64,000 nucleotides of DNA. Source: an uncultured Actinomycetes bacterium. Its GTDB lineage: Bacteria; Actinomycetota; Thermoleophilia; UBA2241. A program made the translations under genes and the position numbers. Where the stretch lies: NCBI GenBank assembly GCA_963767005.1, contig CAVYCN010000002.1, positions 96,001 through 160,000 on the forward strand, given 5' to 3'. The notes below the pieces were generated by a model. That model did no database searches and was not told the DNA's origin. It saw nothing but the letters and a program-made list of their open reading frames with translations. This document shows positions 15,705 through 26,276 of the stretch, in pieces. Positions within the stretch are counted from its first letter, which is position 1, and each line of letters opens with the position of its first letter.

Positions 15705-16472
15705 TCAGAGCTCGCGCCGGGCGAACGCCCAGACCGCGCCGGCCAGGAGCGCGACGCCGGCGAGCGCGGTGGTCACGACGGGCCAGAGAAGCGCCGCCGG
15801 CCGGCCGCGCAGGGCGGCGTCGTTGGCGGCCATCAGGCCGGCCGGGCTGTGGTCGCGGAGCACGGGGATGCCGGTGAAGAAGAGCAGGCCGATCCACAGG
15901 GCGATGCCGGCCCCGATCGCCTGCGCCTGGCCGCGCAAGGCGGCCGACAGCAGCACCATCAGCATCATGATCATGGCGGCGAAGACGAGCCACAGGGTGG
16001 TGGTCTCGACGAACGCCCCGATGCCCGCGCTGCCGAACAGCGCGACCGTCGCGACCACGCACACGGCGGCCGCCAGGACGGTCGCGCAGGCGAGCAGCGT
16101 GAGCTGGGCGCCCGCCTTGACGAGCACGAAGCCGGCGCGCGAGATCGGCTTGGTGAGGACGAGGACGGCGGTGCCGGCGCGGCGCTCGGCCGAGATCGTC
16201 GCGGCGCCAGCGATGATCACCGCCAGCGTCACGAGTTGCGCCAGGTTGCCCATGAACTGCTCGTAGGCGTCGCGCGCCGTCGGCGGCGGCACGTGGATCA
16301 CGATGCCGTGCTGCGAGCCGGTCGTCGCCTTGATGATCTCGGGCGTCAGCTTGGTGAGCACCGGCGACGTCAGGGCGACGAACAGCAGGATGCCGGGCAC
16401 GACCCACAGCCGCCAGGTCCTGAGGGTCTCGCGCCGCTCCTTGTCGGCGAAGGTGGCGAGCGGCCCCGTCAT
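15705..16472 (-). CDS. ABC-2 type transporter permease
   Basis: About 6 TM; ISAERRAGTAVLVLTKPISR motif; ATG at 16472 overlaps the ATPase stop. Confidence 0.88.
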   Translation of the reverse strand: MTGPLATFADKERRETLRTWRLWVVPGILLFVALTSPVLTKLTPEIIKATTGSQHGIVIHVPPPTARDAYEQFMGNLAQLVTLAVIIAGAATISAERRAGTAVLVLTKPISRAGFVLVKAGAQLTLLACATVLAAAVCVVATVALFGSAGIGAFVETTTLWLVFAAMIMMLMVLLSAALRGQAQAIGAGIALWIGLLFFTGIPVLRDHSPAGLMAANDAALRGRPAALLWPVVTTALAGVALLAGAVWAFARREL

Positions 16473-17560
16473 TGCCCGCCTCCGCCGGCAGCCGCCGGCC
16501 GCGTCTCTCCGATGAGCGCGACGAAGACCTCTTCGAGGCTGACCTCGTCGGCCTCGAGGCGGCGCAGCGCGAGGCCGCTCCCGGCCACGACCGCCGGCAG
16601 GGCGCGTTCGGCCGTGGGCAGGTCGGTCACGGTCAGGCGCAGGGTCCCGCCGCTGCGCTCGACGAAGGTCACCCAGGGGGCCTCGCGCAAGGCCCAGGCC
16701 AGTGCGGCGGGATCGTCGACTTCGACGAGCAGGCGCTGGCCGCGCCCGTGACGGCGCTTCAGGTCGTCGATCGTGGCCTGCTCGACCACGCGGCCGCGGT
16801 CGAGCACGGCGATCGTGTCGCAGACACGCTCGACGTCGGCCAGGATGTGCGTCGAGAAGAACACCGTCGTGCGACCGGCAAGGGCCGCGATCATGTCGAG
16901 GACCTCCTTGCGGCCGATCGGGTCGAGGGCGCTCGTCGGCTCGTCGAGCAGGAGGAGGCGCGGGGCGTTGATCAGTGCCTGGGCGACGCCCAGGCGCTGT
17001 TTCATGCCCCGCGAGTACGTGCCGATGCGGGCACCGACGCCGGCCAGGCCGGCCAGGTCGAGCAGGGCGGCTGCGCGCGTCCGCAGCGTCGCTTCGTCGA
17101 GGCCGAACAGGCCGCCGGCGAAGGTCAGGAACTCGGCCGCCGTCATCCACGGGTAGAAGCCCGGCACGTCCGGTAGAAAGCCGATCAGGGCGCGCACCTC
17201 GCTCGAGGCCGCGCGCACGTCGTGGCCCAGCACGACGGCGCTGCCGGCTGTGGGCCGGGCGAGGCCGCCCAGGATACGCAGCGTGGTGGTCTTGCCGGCG
17301 CCGTTCGGCCCGAGAAAGCCGAAGATCGAGCCCGCCGGCACGGTCAGTTCGACGCCGTCGAGCGCCATGGTGCGTCGGTAGCGCTTGGCGAGGCCGTGCA
17401 ACTCGACGGCCGGCGGAGTCGCGGCGGACGGCCGGTCGGCCGCGGCCGACCGGCCGTCCGCCGCGACGAGATCGCTCGCGGTCTGGCCCGGCGAGAGGTC
17501 GCCCCCAGGCTCGCGTGGTCCAGGGCTCATGCGCGGCGGCTCACGCGGTCCGAGGCTCAT
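16469..17560 (-). CDS. ABC transporter ATP-binding protein
   Basis: Walker A GPNGAGKTT, YSRGMKQR signature, LLLDEP, STH; low-complexity N-terminal extension. Confidence 0.93.
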   Translation of the reverse strand: MSLGPREPPRMSPGPREPGGDLSPGQTASDLVAADGRSAAADRPSAATPPAVELHGLAKRYRRTMALDGVELTVPAGSIFGFLGPNGAGKTTTLRILGGLARPTAGSAVVLGHDVRAASSEVRALIGFLPDVPGFYPWMTAAEFLTFAGGLFGLDEATLRTRAAALLDLAGLAGVGARIGTYSRGMKQRLGVAQALINAPRLLLLDEPTSALDPIGRKEVLDMIAALAGRTTVFFSTHILADVERVCDTIAVLDRGRVVEQATIDDLKRRHGRGQRLLVEVDDPAALAWALREAPWVTFVERSGGTLRLTVTDLPTAERALPAVVAGSGLALRRLEADEVSLEEVFVALIGETRPAAAGGGGQ

Positions 17561-17868
17561 CGCGGCGTCTCCGGCGGGCCGTAGAGCAGTTCGACGGCCC
17601 GCCGCGCCCGCTCGGCCGCCGGCACGTCGGCGGCGCCGGTGTCGTCGGGCAGGGGCGCGTCGATTCGTCCGACGGCGAGGTAGAGGAGCGGCCCGATCCA
17701 GTCGACGAGGACGATGACGATCGCCCAAAGCCAGCGGCGGTGAAGGCGTACCGCCTCGATCGGGCGTGTGAACAGGCTGACCAGGGCGGTGGCCATGAGG
17801 CCGAGGTTCACGAGACCGAGCGCGCCGAGGGCGATGAGCAGGCCGGCGCTCAGGTGGACGTTCGTCAC
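17557..17868 (-). CDS. small membrane protein with PLDc_N-like domain
   Basis: Two TM helices with [25 protein letters not shown], a PLDc N-terminal pattern; 4-bp overlaps with both neighbours. Confidence 0.75.
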   Translation of the reverse strand: MTNVHLSAGLLIALGALGLVNLGLMATALVSLFTRPIEAVRLHRRWLWAIVIVLVDWIGPLLYLAVGRIDAPLPDDTGAADVPAAERARRAVELLYGPPETPR

Positions 17869-18485
17869 GGGGCGTCGCTCGGCAGCAGGAACAGGCCGGC
17901 GACCCGGCCGTCGGCGTTGAAGGAGACCCGCCCGACGCCGTCGCCGCGCTCGCAGTCGATCGGCACGTTCACGACGGTGTAGCCGCCGGCGACCGCGGCG
18001 GCCGGCGTGCCGAAGGCGACGAACGCGCCGACAGCGGCCTCGGCCTGGGCCAGGGCGGACTTGAAGACCTCGACCGAGGCGGCTTTGGTGACGCGCTCGT
18101 CGAAGGTCGCCCAGAGCTCGTCCCAGCGCTCGGCGAACAGCGCCTCGAGCACACGGATCGCCTTGGCGTCGGCATCCGGTATGGGTCCCAACTGCTCGTC
18201 TCCCGTGTCGGGGGTCTGCCCGGCGCCGAACCGCTGAAAGGCGGCCTGACGGGTGACGTTGAGCGCCTGCCCGATCTCGGCCCAGGTGCGACCTTCGCTG
18301 CGCGCCCGACGGACCAGGGCGCGCAGGGTGTCCTCGACGACGACGTCGAGCGTGCGCGTCGCGGCGATCGCGGCCATGAGCGACTGCTGCGGTGAGCCCT
18401 CGGCGGCGCGCAGGACCGAGGCCACCATCTCGGCGTTCGTGGTCAGCATCAGGCCCATGACCTCGCGCTCGCCGTCGCTCGTCAT
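17865..18485 (-). CDS. HTH regulator with C-terminal DUF3887-like domain
   Basis: [30 protein letters not shown]; C-terminal [16 protein letters not shown]; AGAGGAG RBS. Confidence 0.7.
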   Translation of the reverse strand: MTSDGEREVMGLMLTTNAEMVASVLRAAEGSPQQSLMAAIAATRTLDVVVEDTLRALVRRARSEGRTWAEIGQALNVTRQAAFQRFGAGQTPDTGDEQLGPIPDADAKAIRVLEALFAERWDELWATFDERVTKAASVEVFKSALAQAEAAVGAFVAFGTPAAAVAGGYTVVNVPIDCERGDGVGRVSFNADGRVAGLFLLPSDAP

Positions 18486-18507
18486 CGCCGTCTCTCCTCT
18501 CGTGGCC

Positions 18508-18552
18508 CTGTAAAGGAAACCTTTACAGATGCTGTAAAGCTACCCTTTACAG
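18508..18552. promoter_or_regulatory. tandem palindromic operator CTGTAAAG-N5-CTTTACAG x2
   Basis: Perfect 8-bp inverted repeats at 18508-18528 and 18532-18552, AT-rich, directly upstream of the HTH gene. Confidence 0.8.
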
Positions 18553-18629
18553 ACGGGATGCGCAACATGCCGGCCGTGAAAGGCGTGGGGGGCCTCGCCG
18601 GCGGCGGGCCGTGCTATCCTTGCAGCCCG

Positions 18630-19631
18630 ATGGACGAGCCCGCCGACCTCAAGCCCGCCGACCTCAAGCCCGCTTACCTCATCTGCGGCAGCGACCAGCC
18701 CAAGGTGCGGCGCAGCGTGGCGCGGCTGCGCGGGCGGGTGTTCGACGAGACGGCGAGCGACCTCAACATCAGCCACTTCGACGGCCGCGAGCGCGGCGTG
18801 ACCGACGTCCTTCAGGCCGCCGACACGGCCACGTTCACGCTCGGCACCAGGCTACTGCTAGTGACCGCCGCCGACGCCTGGAAGGCGGCCGACCGCGACC
18901 GCGTCGCCGACTACCTGACCGACCCGGTGCCGGGCGTCTGCCTTGCCCTGGTCGGCGAGACGTTCCGCAAGACCGAGCGCCTGACGAAGCTGCTCGAGAA
19001 GGCCGGCCAGGTACTGCGCTACGACCTGCCCAAGCGCCACGCCGAGGTGGTCGAGTGGGTGCGCGCTCGGGCCCGGGCGCTGGGCGCGCGCCTGGGCTCC
19101 GCCGAGGCGCGCCACCTGGTCGCCCAGGTCGGCGCCGATCCCGACCTACTCGAGACCGAGCTCGCCAAGCTCGTCGCCTACGCCTTCGGTCGCCCGATCA
19201 GCGCCACCGACATCGACGCGGTCTGCTCGCCCACGCTCGACGCCCGCATCTACGAGCTCACCGACGCCGTGGGGCGGCGCGAGGCCGGCGCGGCCTTCCG
19301 CGTGCTCGAGGGGCTCTACGCGGCCGGCGGCAAGGGGGCGGGCGAGGTGGCGCGCTCCACCCTGTACTCGCTGGTGCGTTACGTCGGCCAGCTCGCGAGC
19401 GTCATGGACCTGCCGGCCGAGATGCCGCCGTCCGAGGTCGCCGCCACGCTCGGGGTGAAACCCTACACGGCGCAGAAGCTGCTCGAGCAGCGCGCCCGGT
19501 TCGACCGCCGCACCCTCGAGCGCGCCCTGGCGGCGCTCGCCGACGCCCAGGCCGCCATGGTCGGCGGCAGCGAGCTCACTCCCGAGTTCAGCCTCGAGCT
19601 CGCCTTAGGGCGCGTCCTCGCGCCTCGCTGA
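18630..19631 (+). CDS. holA: DNA polymerase III subunit delta
   Basis: KPAYLICGSD, ELAKL, IYELTDAVG, LGVKPY; conserved comEC-holA-rpsT context. Confidence 0.9.
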   Translation: MDEPADLKPADLKPAYLICGSDQPKVRRSVARLRGRVFDETASDLNISHFDGRERGVTDVLQAADTATFTLGTRLLLVTAADAWKAADRDRVADYLTDPVPGVCLALVGETFRKTERLTKLLEKAGQVLRYDLPKRHAEVVEWVRARARALGARLGSAEARHLVAQVGADPDLLETELAKLVAYAFGRPISATDIDAVCSPTLDARIYELTDAVGRREAGAAFRVLEGLYAAGGKGAGEVARSTLYSLVRYVGQLASVMDLPAEMPPSEVAATLGVKPYTAQKLLEQRARFDRRTLERALAALADAQAAMVGGSELTPEFSLELALGRVLAPR

Positions 19632-19695
19632 GCACCCGGCGCTCATGATCCTCGCGGCCCGCCGCACGTCGGCGCCCCGCGCTGTGCCCATGAGA

Positions 19696-19721
19696 AAGCC
19701 CGCGGCGTGCGCCGCGGGCTT
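19696..19721. terminator. hairpin terminator between convergent holA and rpsT
   Basis: AAGCCCGCGGCG-TG-CGCCGCGGGCTT; short U tail on the minus strand. Confidence 0.7.
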
Positions 19722-19749
19722 GAAGAGTGGGCGGGGAAGAGGTGTCGGG

Positions 19750-20016
19750 TCAGGCGCTGTGGCTGGTGACCATGCGCGCGAGCCGACTCTTCTTGCGGGC
19801 CGCGTTGTTGGCGTGGATGACGCCCTTGGCCGCTGCCTTGTCGATGTGCGACGTGAGCTTGGCGGCCACGGCCGCGGTGGCGGCCTGATCGTCGCCGGCC
19901 AGGCTGGTCTCGAGCTGGCGGAACAGGGTGCGGATGCTCGACTTGGCCTGACGGTTGCGCAGCCGCTGCTGGGCGGCGAGGCGCATGCGCTTCTTCTGCT
20001 GCTTGATGTTGGGCAC
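19750..20016 (-). CDS. rpsT: 30S ribosomal protein S20
   Basis: MPNIKQQKKRMR...IDKAAAKGVIHANNAARKKSRL; GTG start at 20016. Confidence 0.96.
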   Translation of the reverse strand: MPNIKQQKKRMRLAAQQRLRNRQAKSSIRTLFRQLETSLAGDDQAATAAVAAKLTSHIDKAAAKGVIHANNAARKKSRLARMVTSHSA

Positions 20017-20284
20017 GTCGGTCCTTCGTCGTCGTGACACGCATACGCCGGCTCGCTCCTCGCGGCCGGCGTGTGATGGTAGCACAGCCGCCGCGAACCC
20101 GGCAAGCACGGCGTCTGCTAGACTAGGCGCTCGCTGTTCTGCCCGGCCTCGCGCCCGGTCATGCGCGATGCGCCGCGGCCCGTGGCCGTCGCGCTCCGGC
20201 GCGAGGCTTGCGACGGCTTCTCCGCGACCCGAGCGCCGGCGCGCTCGCCGCAGGGCAGCGCGCCGGTCCGCCGAATGCTGACAC

Positions 20285-21886
20285 GTGACTGAACGACAGA
20301 AGAGGCTCGCCTGGGCCGCCGTCGTCGTGGCGGCCGCCACGGGCATCTCGCGTGTCGTGGGCGTGGCCCGCGAGATCCTCACGGCCAACGCCTACGGCGT
20401 GAGCGTCGGCCTGAACACCTACGCCTCGGTCTCGGTCATCCCCAACCTCATCCGCCAGCTCGTGGCCGACGCCGCCGTCAGTGCCGCCTTCGTGCCGGTC
20501 TTCACGAGCCTGTTCACCAAGGGCGAGCATGAGCGCGCCTACCGCCTGGCGTCGTCGCTGCTCAGCTTCATGGTGGTCGTGGTCGGCGTCGTCACGCTGG
20601 CGCTCGTGCTGGGCGCGCCGCTCATCGTGCGGGTCTTCTACCCGCACTTCGTGCACGAGCCCTACGTCTATCGTCTTGCCGTCCAGATGCTGCGCATCCT
20701 GCTGCCCACCGTGCTGCTGTTCGCGGTCTCGGGCGTCGTGATCGGCGTGCTCTACTCGTACGAGCGATTCACCATGCCGGCGGTCGTCTCGATCGTCTGG
20801 AACCTCGTGATCATCGCCTTCATCGTGCTCTTCTCGGGTCACGGCTCGCTCGGCATCTACGCCCTGGTGTGGGGCACGTTCTTCGGCACGGTGGCGCAGC
20901 TCCTCCTGCTCATCCCCTCGCTGCGCCGTGTCGACCTGAAGTGGCACCTGAGCTTCCAGTGGCGCGACCCGCTGCTGCGCCGCGTGCTCGTGCTCATGGT
21001 GCCGGTCACGATCACCCTCGGCATCCTCAACTTCAACGCCCTCGTCGACTTCTTCTTCGCGCAGTTCGTGAGCAACCACGCGGCCGCCGAGATCAACTAC
21101 GCGTTTCGCCTCTACCAGTTGCCGCAGGGCATGTTCGCGATCACGATCGGCACGGTGCTGTTCCCGACCCTGTCGCGCTACGCGGCCGAGCACGACATCG
21201 ACAGCTTCCGCGAGACGCTGTCGCTCGGCGTGCGCCAGATCTTCTTCGTGTCGCTGCCCTTCGTCGCCTGGTTCGTCGCCGTGCCGCACTCGATCGTGCA
21301 GCTCATCTACCAGCACGGCGCCTTCGCGCCGACCGACACGGCGGCGGTGGCGCCGATCCTCGCCTACTTCACTCTGGGCATGGCCTTCGCCAACGTGAAC
21401 GTCATGTTCAACCGCGGCTTCCAGAGCCTGCAGCGCCCCTGGCTGCCGCTCTACGTGGGGCTCATCAACCTCGGCCTGAACGCGCTGCTCGACTGGGCCC
21501 TGTACCGGCCGCTCGGGGCGCGCGGCATCGTGCTGTCGACTTCGATCGTGTCGCTCTTCAACTTCGTCGCGTTGCTCGCGCTGATGCGTCGCCAGATCGG
21601 CCAGGTCGACGGCCGCCGCATCCTGGTCAGCCTGGCCAAGGCCCTGGTCTGCTCCGGCGCCCTGGCGGCCGTTTCGCTCGCCCTGTGGCACGGGCTGCAC
21701 GGCGTGGCCGACAGCGGCCTGGCTGGTCTCTTCGCCGTGGTGGTCGCGGTGTTCGGCGGCGGCGGCCTGGTCTACCTGGCCGCCGCCCGCCTGTTGCGCG
21801 TCGAGGAGCTCTCGGTGGTGAACCTGCTGCTGCGTCGCGGGCGCGGCCTGCGCACGCCGCCGAGCGAGACCGAGACGGTGCCGTGA
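20285..21886 (+). CDS. murJ: lipid II flippase MurJ (MviN)
   Basis: ISRVVGVARE, IPNLIRQL, SAAFVPVF, AFRLYQLPQG; multiple TMs. Confidence 0.93.
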   Translation: MTERQKRLAWAAVVVAAATGISRVVGVAREILTANAYGVSVGLNTYASVSVIPNLIRQLVADAAVSAAFVPVFTSLFTKGEHERAYRLASSLLSFMVVVVGVVTLALVLGAPLIVRVFYPHFVHEPYVYRLAVQMLRILLPTVLLFAVSGVVIGVLYSYERFTMPAVVSIVWNLVIIAFIVLFSGHGSLGIYALVWGTFFGTVAQLLLLIPSLRRVDLKWHLSFQWRDPLLRRVLVLMVPVTITLGILNFNALVDFFFAQFVSNHAAAEINYAFRLYQLPQGMFAITIGTVLFPTLSRYAAEHDIDSFRETLSLGVRQIFFVSLPFVAWFVAVPHSIVQLIYQHGAFAPTDTAAVAPILAYFTLGMAFANVNVMFNRGFQSLQRPWLPLYVGLINLGLNALLDWALYRPLGARGIVLSTSIVSLFNFVALLALMRRQIGQVDGRRILVSLAKALVCSGALAAVSLALWHGLHGVADSGLAGLFAVVVAVFGGGGLVYLAAARLLRVEELSVVNLLLRRGRGLRTPPSETETVP

Positions 21887-22035
21887 GCCGGCCGCCGGTT
21901 CGAGGAGCGCAGCGCGTCGTGAGCCGCCGGCCCGTGCGGGTGGGGAGCGCCGTCGCGACACGCCGGCCGGCGCGGGAGCGAAGCGGCGTCGCCACACGCC
22001 GGGTCGCGCCCGGCGCTCTGCTACGCTAGGCCGAC

Positions 22036-23853
22036 ATGGATCTCGCACACATCCGCAACTTCTCGATCATCGCCCACATCGACCACGGCAAGTCGACGCT
22101 GGCCGACCGCATCCTTGAGCTCACCGGCACCGTGACCGCGCGCGACATGAAAGAGCAGATCCTCGACAAGATGGACCTCGAGCGCGAGCGCGGCATCACG
22201 ATCAAGGCCCAGGCCGTGCGCATCGGCTATAGGGCGCGCGACGGCGAGACCTATCAGCTCAACCTGATCGACACACCCGGCCACGTCGACTTCACCTACG
22301 AGGTCTCGCGCTCGCTGGCCGCCTGCGAGAGCGCCGTCCTCGTGGTCGACACCACCCAGGGCGTCGAGGCCCAAACGGTGGCCAACGCCTACCTCGCCAT
22401 CGACAACGACCTCGAGATCATCCCGGTGCTCAACAAGATCGACCTGCCGGCCTCCGACGTCGCCGAGACCGAGCTCGAGGTCCATGAGCTCACGGGAGCC
22501 ACGCACGACGAGCTGCTCACGGTGTCGGCCAAGACCGGCGTGGGCGTCGAGGACGTGCTCGAAGCCGTGGTGGCGCGCACGCCGCGCCCCGGCGGCGATC
22601 CCGACGCACCCTCGCGAGCCCTGGTCTTCGACTCGCAGTACGACCAGTACCGCGGCGTGGTCGCCTACGTGCGTGTGGTCGATGGCTCCTTCGCCCGCCG
22701 CGAGATGGTGCAGATGATGGGCACCGGCCAGCGCGTCGAGGTCGAAGAGCTCGGTTACTTCGGCCCCGAGATGGTGCCGGTCGAACGCCTCGAGACCGGC
22801 GAGGTCGGCTACATCATCACCGGCGTCAAAGAGGTCGCCCAGGTGCGCGTCGGCGACACCATCACGGCCCTGCGGCGGCCCGCCGCGCAGGCGCTGCCGG
22901 GCTACAAGGTCGTCCATCCGATGGTCTTCTGCGGGCTCTTCCCGACCGAGGGCGACAAGTTCGGCGAGCTGCGTGACGCGCTCGAGAAGCTCACCTTGAA
23001 CGACGCCGCCCTGTCGTGGGAGCCTGAGACGTCGCAGGCGCTCGGCTTCGGCTTTCGCTGCGGCTTTCTGGGCCTGCTGCACATGGACATCGTGCGCGAA
23101 CGGCTCGAGCGCGAGTACGACCTCGAGCTGATCACCACGACGCCCAACGTCGAATACCACGTCGTTCTCACCGACGGCGCCATGGTGCCCGTGCGCAACC
23201 CGGCCGAGATGCCCGACATCGGTCGCATCGATCGCGTCGAGGAGCCCTACGTGTCGGCTTCGATCATCCTGCCCAGCGAGTTCGTGGGCACCGTCATGGA
23301 GCTTTGCCAGGGCCGGCGCTCCGACTTCGTGGACATGAAGTACCTCTCGCCCGAGCGCGTCGAGATGCATTACCGCCTGCCGCTCGGCGAGATCGTGGTC
23401 GACTTCTTCGACCAGCTCAAGAGCCGCACGCGTGGCTACGCGTCGCTCGACTACGAGTTCTGGGGCTACCGCGAGGGCGATCTCGTCAAGCTCGACATCC
23501 TGCTGGCCGGCGAGCCGGTCGACGCGCTCTCGCTGATCGTGCCGCGCGAGCGGGCGTCGGTGCGCGGCCGCGCGCTGGTCGAGAAGCTGCGCCAGAAGAT
23601 CCCGCGGCAACTCTTCGAGGTCGCCATCCAGGCGGCCATCGGCGCCCGGGTCGTGGCGCGCGAGACCGTCAAGGCGCGCCGCAAGGACGTGATCGCCAAA
23701 TGCTACGGCGGCGACATCAGCCGCAAGCGCAAGCTCCTCGAGAAGCAGAAAGAGGGCAAGAAGCGCATGAAGCAGATCGGCGTGGTCGAGGTGCCCCAGG
23801 ACGCCTTCCTCGCCGTGCTCGAGCTCGACGTCGAGGGCAAGGACAAGACGTGA
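22036..23853 (+). CDS. lepA: elongation factor 4
   Basis: [64 protein letters not shown]. Confidence 0.98.
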   Translation: MDLAHIRNFSIIAHIDHGKSTLADRILELTGTVTARDMKEQILDKMDLERERGITIKAQAVRIGYRARDGETYQLNLIDTPGHVDFTYEVSRSLAACESAVLVVDTTQGVEAQTVANAYLAIDNDLEIIPVLNKIDLPASDVAETELEVHELTGATHDELLTVSAKTGVGVEDVLEAVVARTPRPGGDPDAPSRALVFDSQYDQYRGVVAYVRVVDGSFARREMVQMMGTGQRVEVEELGYFGPEMVPVERLETGEVGYIITGVKEVAQVRVGDTITALRRPAAQALPGYKVVHPMVFCGLFPTEGDKFGELRDALEKLTLNDAALSWEPETSQALGFGFRCGFLGLLHMDIVRERLEREYDLELITTTPNVEYHVVLTDGAMVPVRNPAEMPDIGRIDRVEEPYVSASIILPSEFVGTVMELCQGRRSDFVDMKYLSPERVEMHYRLPLGEIVVDFFDQLKSRTRGYASLDYEFWGYREGDLVKLDILLAGEPVDALSLIVPRERASVRGRALVEKLRQKIPRQLFEVAIQAAIGARVVARETVKARRKDVIAKCYGGDISRKRKLLEKQKEGKKRMKQIGVVEVPQDAFLAVLELDVEGKDKT

Positions 23854-25256
23854 GCGCGCAGACGGGGGGCGCGGGGCGGGAGCGGCGGGACGCCGCTCCC
23901 GCCCCGCGCCATCTCTACGTCCACGTGCCGTTCTGCGCCGCGCGCTGCGACTACTGCGAGTTCTACTCGGTGCCGGTCGGGCGCGGCGCCGCCGCGACGC
24001 CGGACGCCGCCACGCCGGACGGCGCCACGGCGGCCGAGGCATCCGTGCGGCCGGCCGACAGCGCCGGGCCGGCAAGCCTGGGCGGCGGCGGTCGGCCCGC
24101 TGCCGACGCGCGCGCGAGCCTGCTCGACCGCTCCGTGACGGCGCTGCTCGCCGAATGGGAGGCCGAGCGCGAGCGGCTGGGCGTGCGCCGCCTCGAGAGC
24201 GTGTTCGTGGGCGGCGGGACACCGTCGCTGCTCGGCGAGGAGCGCCTCGAGCGCCTCTTCGCGGCGCTCGAGGCGCTCCTCACACCGCACGCCGAGCTCA
24301 CGGTCGAGACCAACCCCGACGACGTCACGCCGACCTTCGCCGCCTGGGCGGCGGCGCGGCGGCTGCGCGTGTCACTCGGCGTCCAGAGCTTCGACCGGCG
24401 CCTGCGCGCCACGCTGGGCCGCCGCGGCGACGCCGACCCGGCGGCCGCCTTCGCCCTGCTGCGCGAGGCCGGCGTCGGGCGGACGGAAGGCGGCCAGCCG
24501 TCGGGCGAGCGCCCGGCACGGCCGGTGGCGCTACCGGCCGGCGCCGCTCGCGCCCCCGGCCTGGGCATCGACCTGATCTTCGGCTTGCCGGGGCAGGACA
24601 TCGCCGCGGTCGAGGCCGAGCTGGCGGTCGTCGGCCGTCTCGCGCCCGACCACGTCTCCTGCTACGAGCTCACGCTGGTGCCCGGCAGCGTGCTCGCCGC
24701 GCGCGTCGCGCTCACCGACGCCGGCCGCCTGGGCGCCGCGGCGCCCGAGCTGCCCGACGACGAGGCCACCGCGACCATGTACCGGCACATCGTCGCCGGC
24801 CTCACCCGCCTCGGGTATCGCTGGTACGAGGTGAGCAACTTCGCCCGCCCCGGCCGGCGCTGCCGCCACAACGACGCGGTCTGGCGCGGTCGCGACTATG
24901 TCGGGATCGGCCCGGGTGCGGTCGGCACGGTCGCCGGCGTGCGGCGCCGCGACGTGGCCGACCTCGCGGCCTGGCTTGCCGCCCTCGAGGGCGGCGACGA
25001 CCCGCCCCGCGAGCATGAACCGCTCGGCCCCGACGCGCTCGCTCGCGAGCACCTGCTGCTCGCCGCCCGCACGGGCGCGCGGGTGCCCGTCGCCGCCCTC
25101 GCCGGGGCGATCGACGAGCGCGCCCTGCCGGCGCTCGTGGCTGCTGGATTGGTCTCGCGCTCAGGTGGTACACTCCGGGTGACGCGAAAGGGGCGGTACG
25201 TGGCCAGCGGGGTCTGCGTGCGCCTGTTTCGCGATTCTTCGTTTCTGGAGGCATGA
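23850..25256 (+). CDS. hemW: radical SAM heme chaperone HemW
   Basis: [44 protein letters not shown]...HN; lepA-hemW-hrcA synteny. Confidence 0.88.
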   Translation: MSAQTGGAGRERRDAAPAPRHLYVHVPFCAARCDYCEFYSVPVGRGAAATPDAATPDGATAAEASVRPADSAGPASLGGGGRPAADARASLLDRSVTALLAEWEAERERLGVRRLESVFVGGGTPSLLGEERLERLFAALEALLTPHAELTVETNPDDVTPTFAAWAAARRLRVSLGVQSFDRRLRATLGRRGDADPAAAFALLREAGVGRTEGGQPSGERPARPVALPAGAARAPGLGIDLIFGLPGQDIAAVEAELAVVGRLAPDHVSCYELTLVPGSVLAARVALTDAGRLGAAAPELPDDEATATMYRHIVAGLTRLGYRWYEVSNFARPGRRCRHNDAVWRGRDYVGIGPGAVGTVAGVRRRDVADLAAWLAALEGGDDPPREHEPLGPDALAREHLLLAARTGARVPVAALAGAIDERALPALVAAGLVSRSGGTLRVTRKGRYVASGVCVRLFRDSSFLEA

Positions 25257-26276
25257 GTGGCTCTGACGCCCAGACAGGAGATCGTCCTGGGAGCGGTGGT
25301 CGAGGAGTTCATCGCCTCGGGCTCCCCGGTCGGGTCCAGGCTCCTGTTCGAGTCGCATATGTTCGACATCGCCCCCTCGACGATCCGCAACGACCTGGCG
25401 GCGCTCGAGGACCTCGGCCTGCTCGACCATCCGCACACCTCGGCCGGCCGCGTGCCCACCGACGCCGGCTACCGCTACTACGTCGACGCGCTGCTCAAGC
25501 AGCATCACGCCGCCTGGGCCCTGCCGCTCGACCCCGCCGCCGCGCGCAGCGAGATCGACGACGCCCTGGCCGAGACGGCCGAGGCCCTGTCGCGGGCCAC
25601 CGAGTTGCTCGCCATCGTCACCGCGCCGGCGCTCACCACGGCCGTCATCCGTCACATCGAGGTGCTGTCGCTGCAGCCGCAGGTGGTCATGGTGGTCGTC
25701 ATCACGAGCGCGGGAGGCGTGACCAAGCGCGTCCTGCGCGTCGACCGACCCATCGACGAGGGCCTCGCCGACTTCGCCCGTGTCTACCTGAACGAGCGTC
25801 TCACCGGCCGGCGGATCGGTGCCCGTGTCGTCGAGTCGGCCTTCTCAAGCCCCGAGCTCGGCTCCCAGGAGCGCGCCTTCCTCGCCGCCCTGTGGCCGGC
25901 CTTCGAGGTCGTGCTCGAGCCGGACGCCGGCAGCCTGCACCTGGGCGGCACCGCCCGCCTGCTCGAGCGCCTGAGCGAGCAGGGAGGAGCCAGCCACCTG
26001 AACGACGTCGTGGCGCGCCTCGAGGAGCGTTACAACGTGCTCCAGCTCCTGTCCGAGGCGCTGCACGGCCGCGACCTCTACCTGCGCATCGGCCACGAGA
26101 TGACCGATCCCTCGCTGCAATCGTGCTCGCTCGTCGCCGCCACCTACGGCGTCGCCAACCGCGCGCTCGGCGCGGTGAGCGTGCTGGGGCCGACACGCAT
26201 GGACTACCAGACGGCGATCTCGGCCGTGCGCGGGGCCGCGGTCACGCTCAGCTCGCTGCTCGAAGAGACCTGGTAG
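25257..26276 (+). CDS. hrcA: heat-inducible transcription repressor HrcA
   Basis: PVGS, STIRNDLAALE, HPHTSAGRVPTDAGYRYYVD, LGPTRMDY. Confidence 0.96.
   Translation: MALTPRQEIVLGAVVEEFIASGSPVGSRLLFESHMFDIAPSTIRNDLAALEDLGLLDHPHTSAGRVPTDAGYRYYVDALLKQHHAAWALPLDPAAARSEIDDALAETAEALSRATELLAIVTAPALTTAVIRHIEVLSLQPQVVMVVVITSAGGVTKRVLRVDRPIDEGLADFARVYLNERLTGRRIGARVVESAFSSPELGSQERAFLAALWPAFEVVLEPDAGSLHLGGTARLLERLSEQGGASHLNDVVARLEERYNVLQLLSEALHGRDLYLRIGHEMTDPSLQSCSLVAATYGVANRALGAVSVLGPTRMDYQTAISAVRGAAVTLSSLLEETW

Noticed and set aside
25140-25260. CIRCE element at hrcA
   Set aside because: No TTAGCACTC-N9-GAGTGCTAA present.
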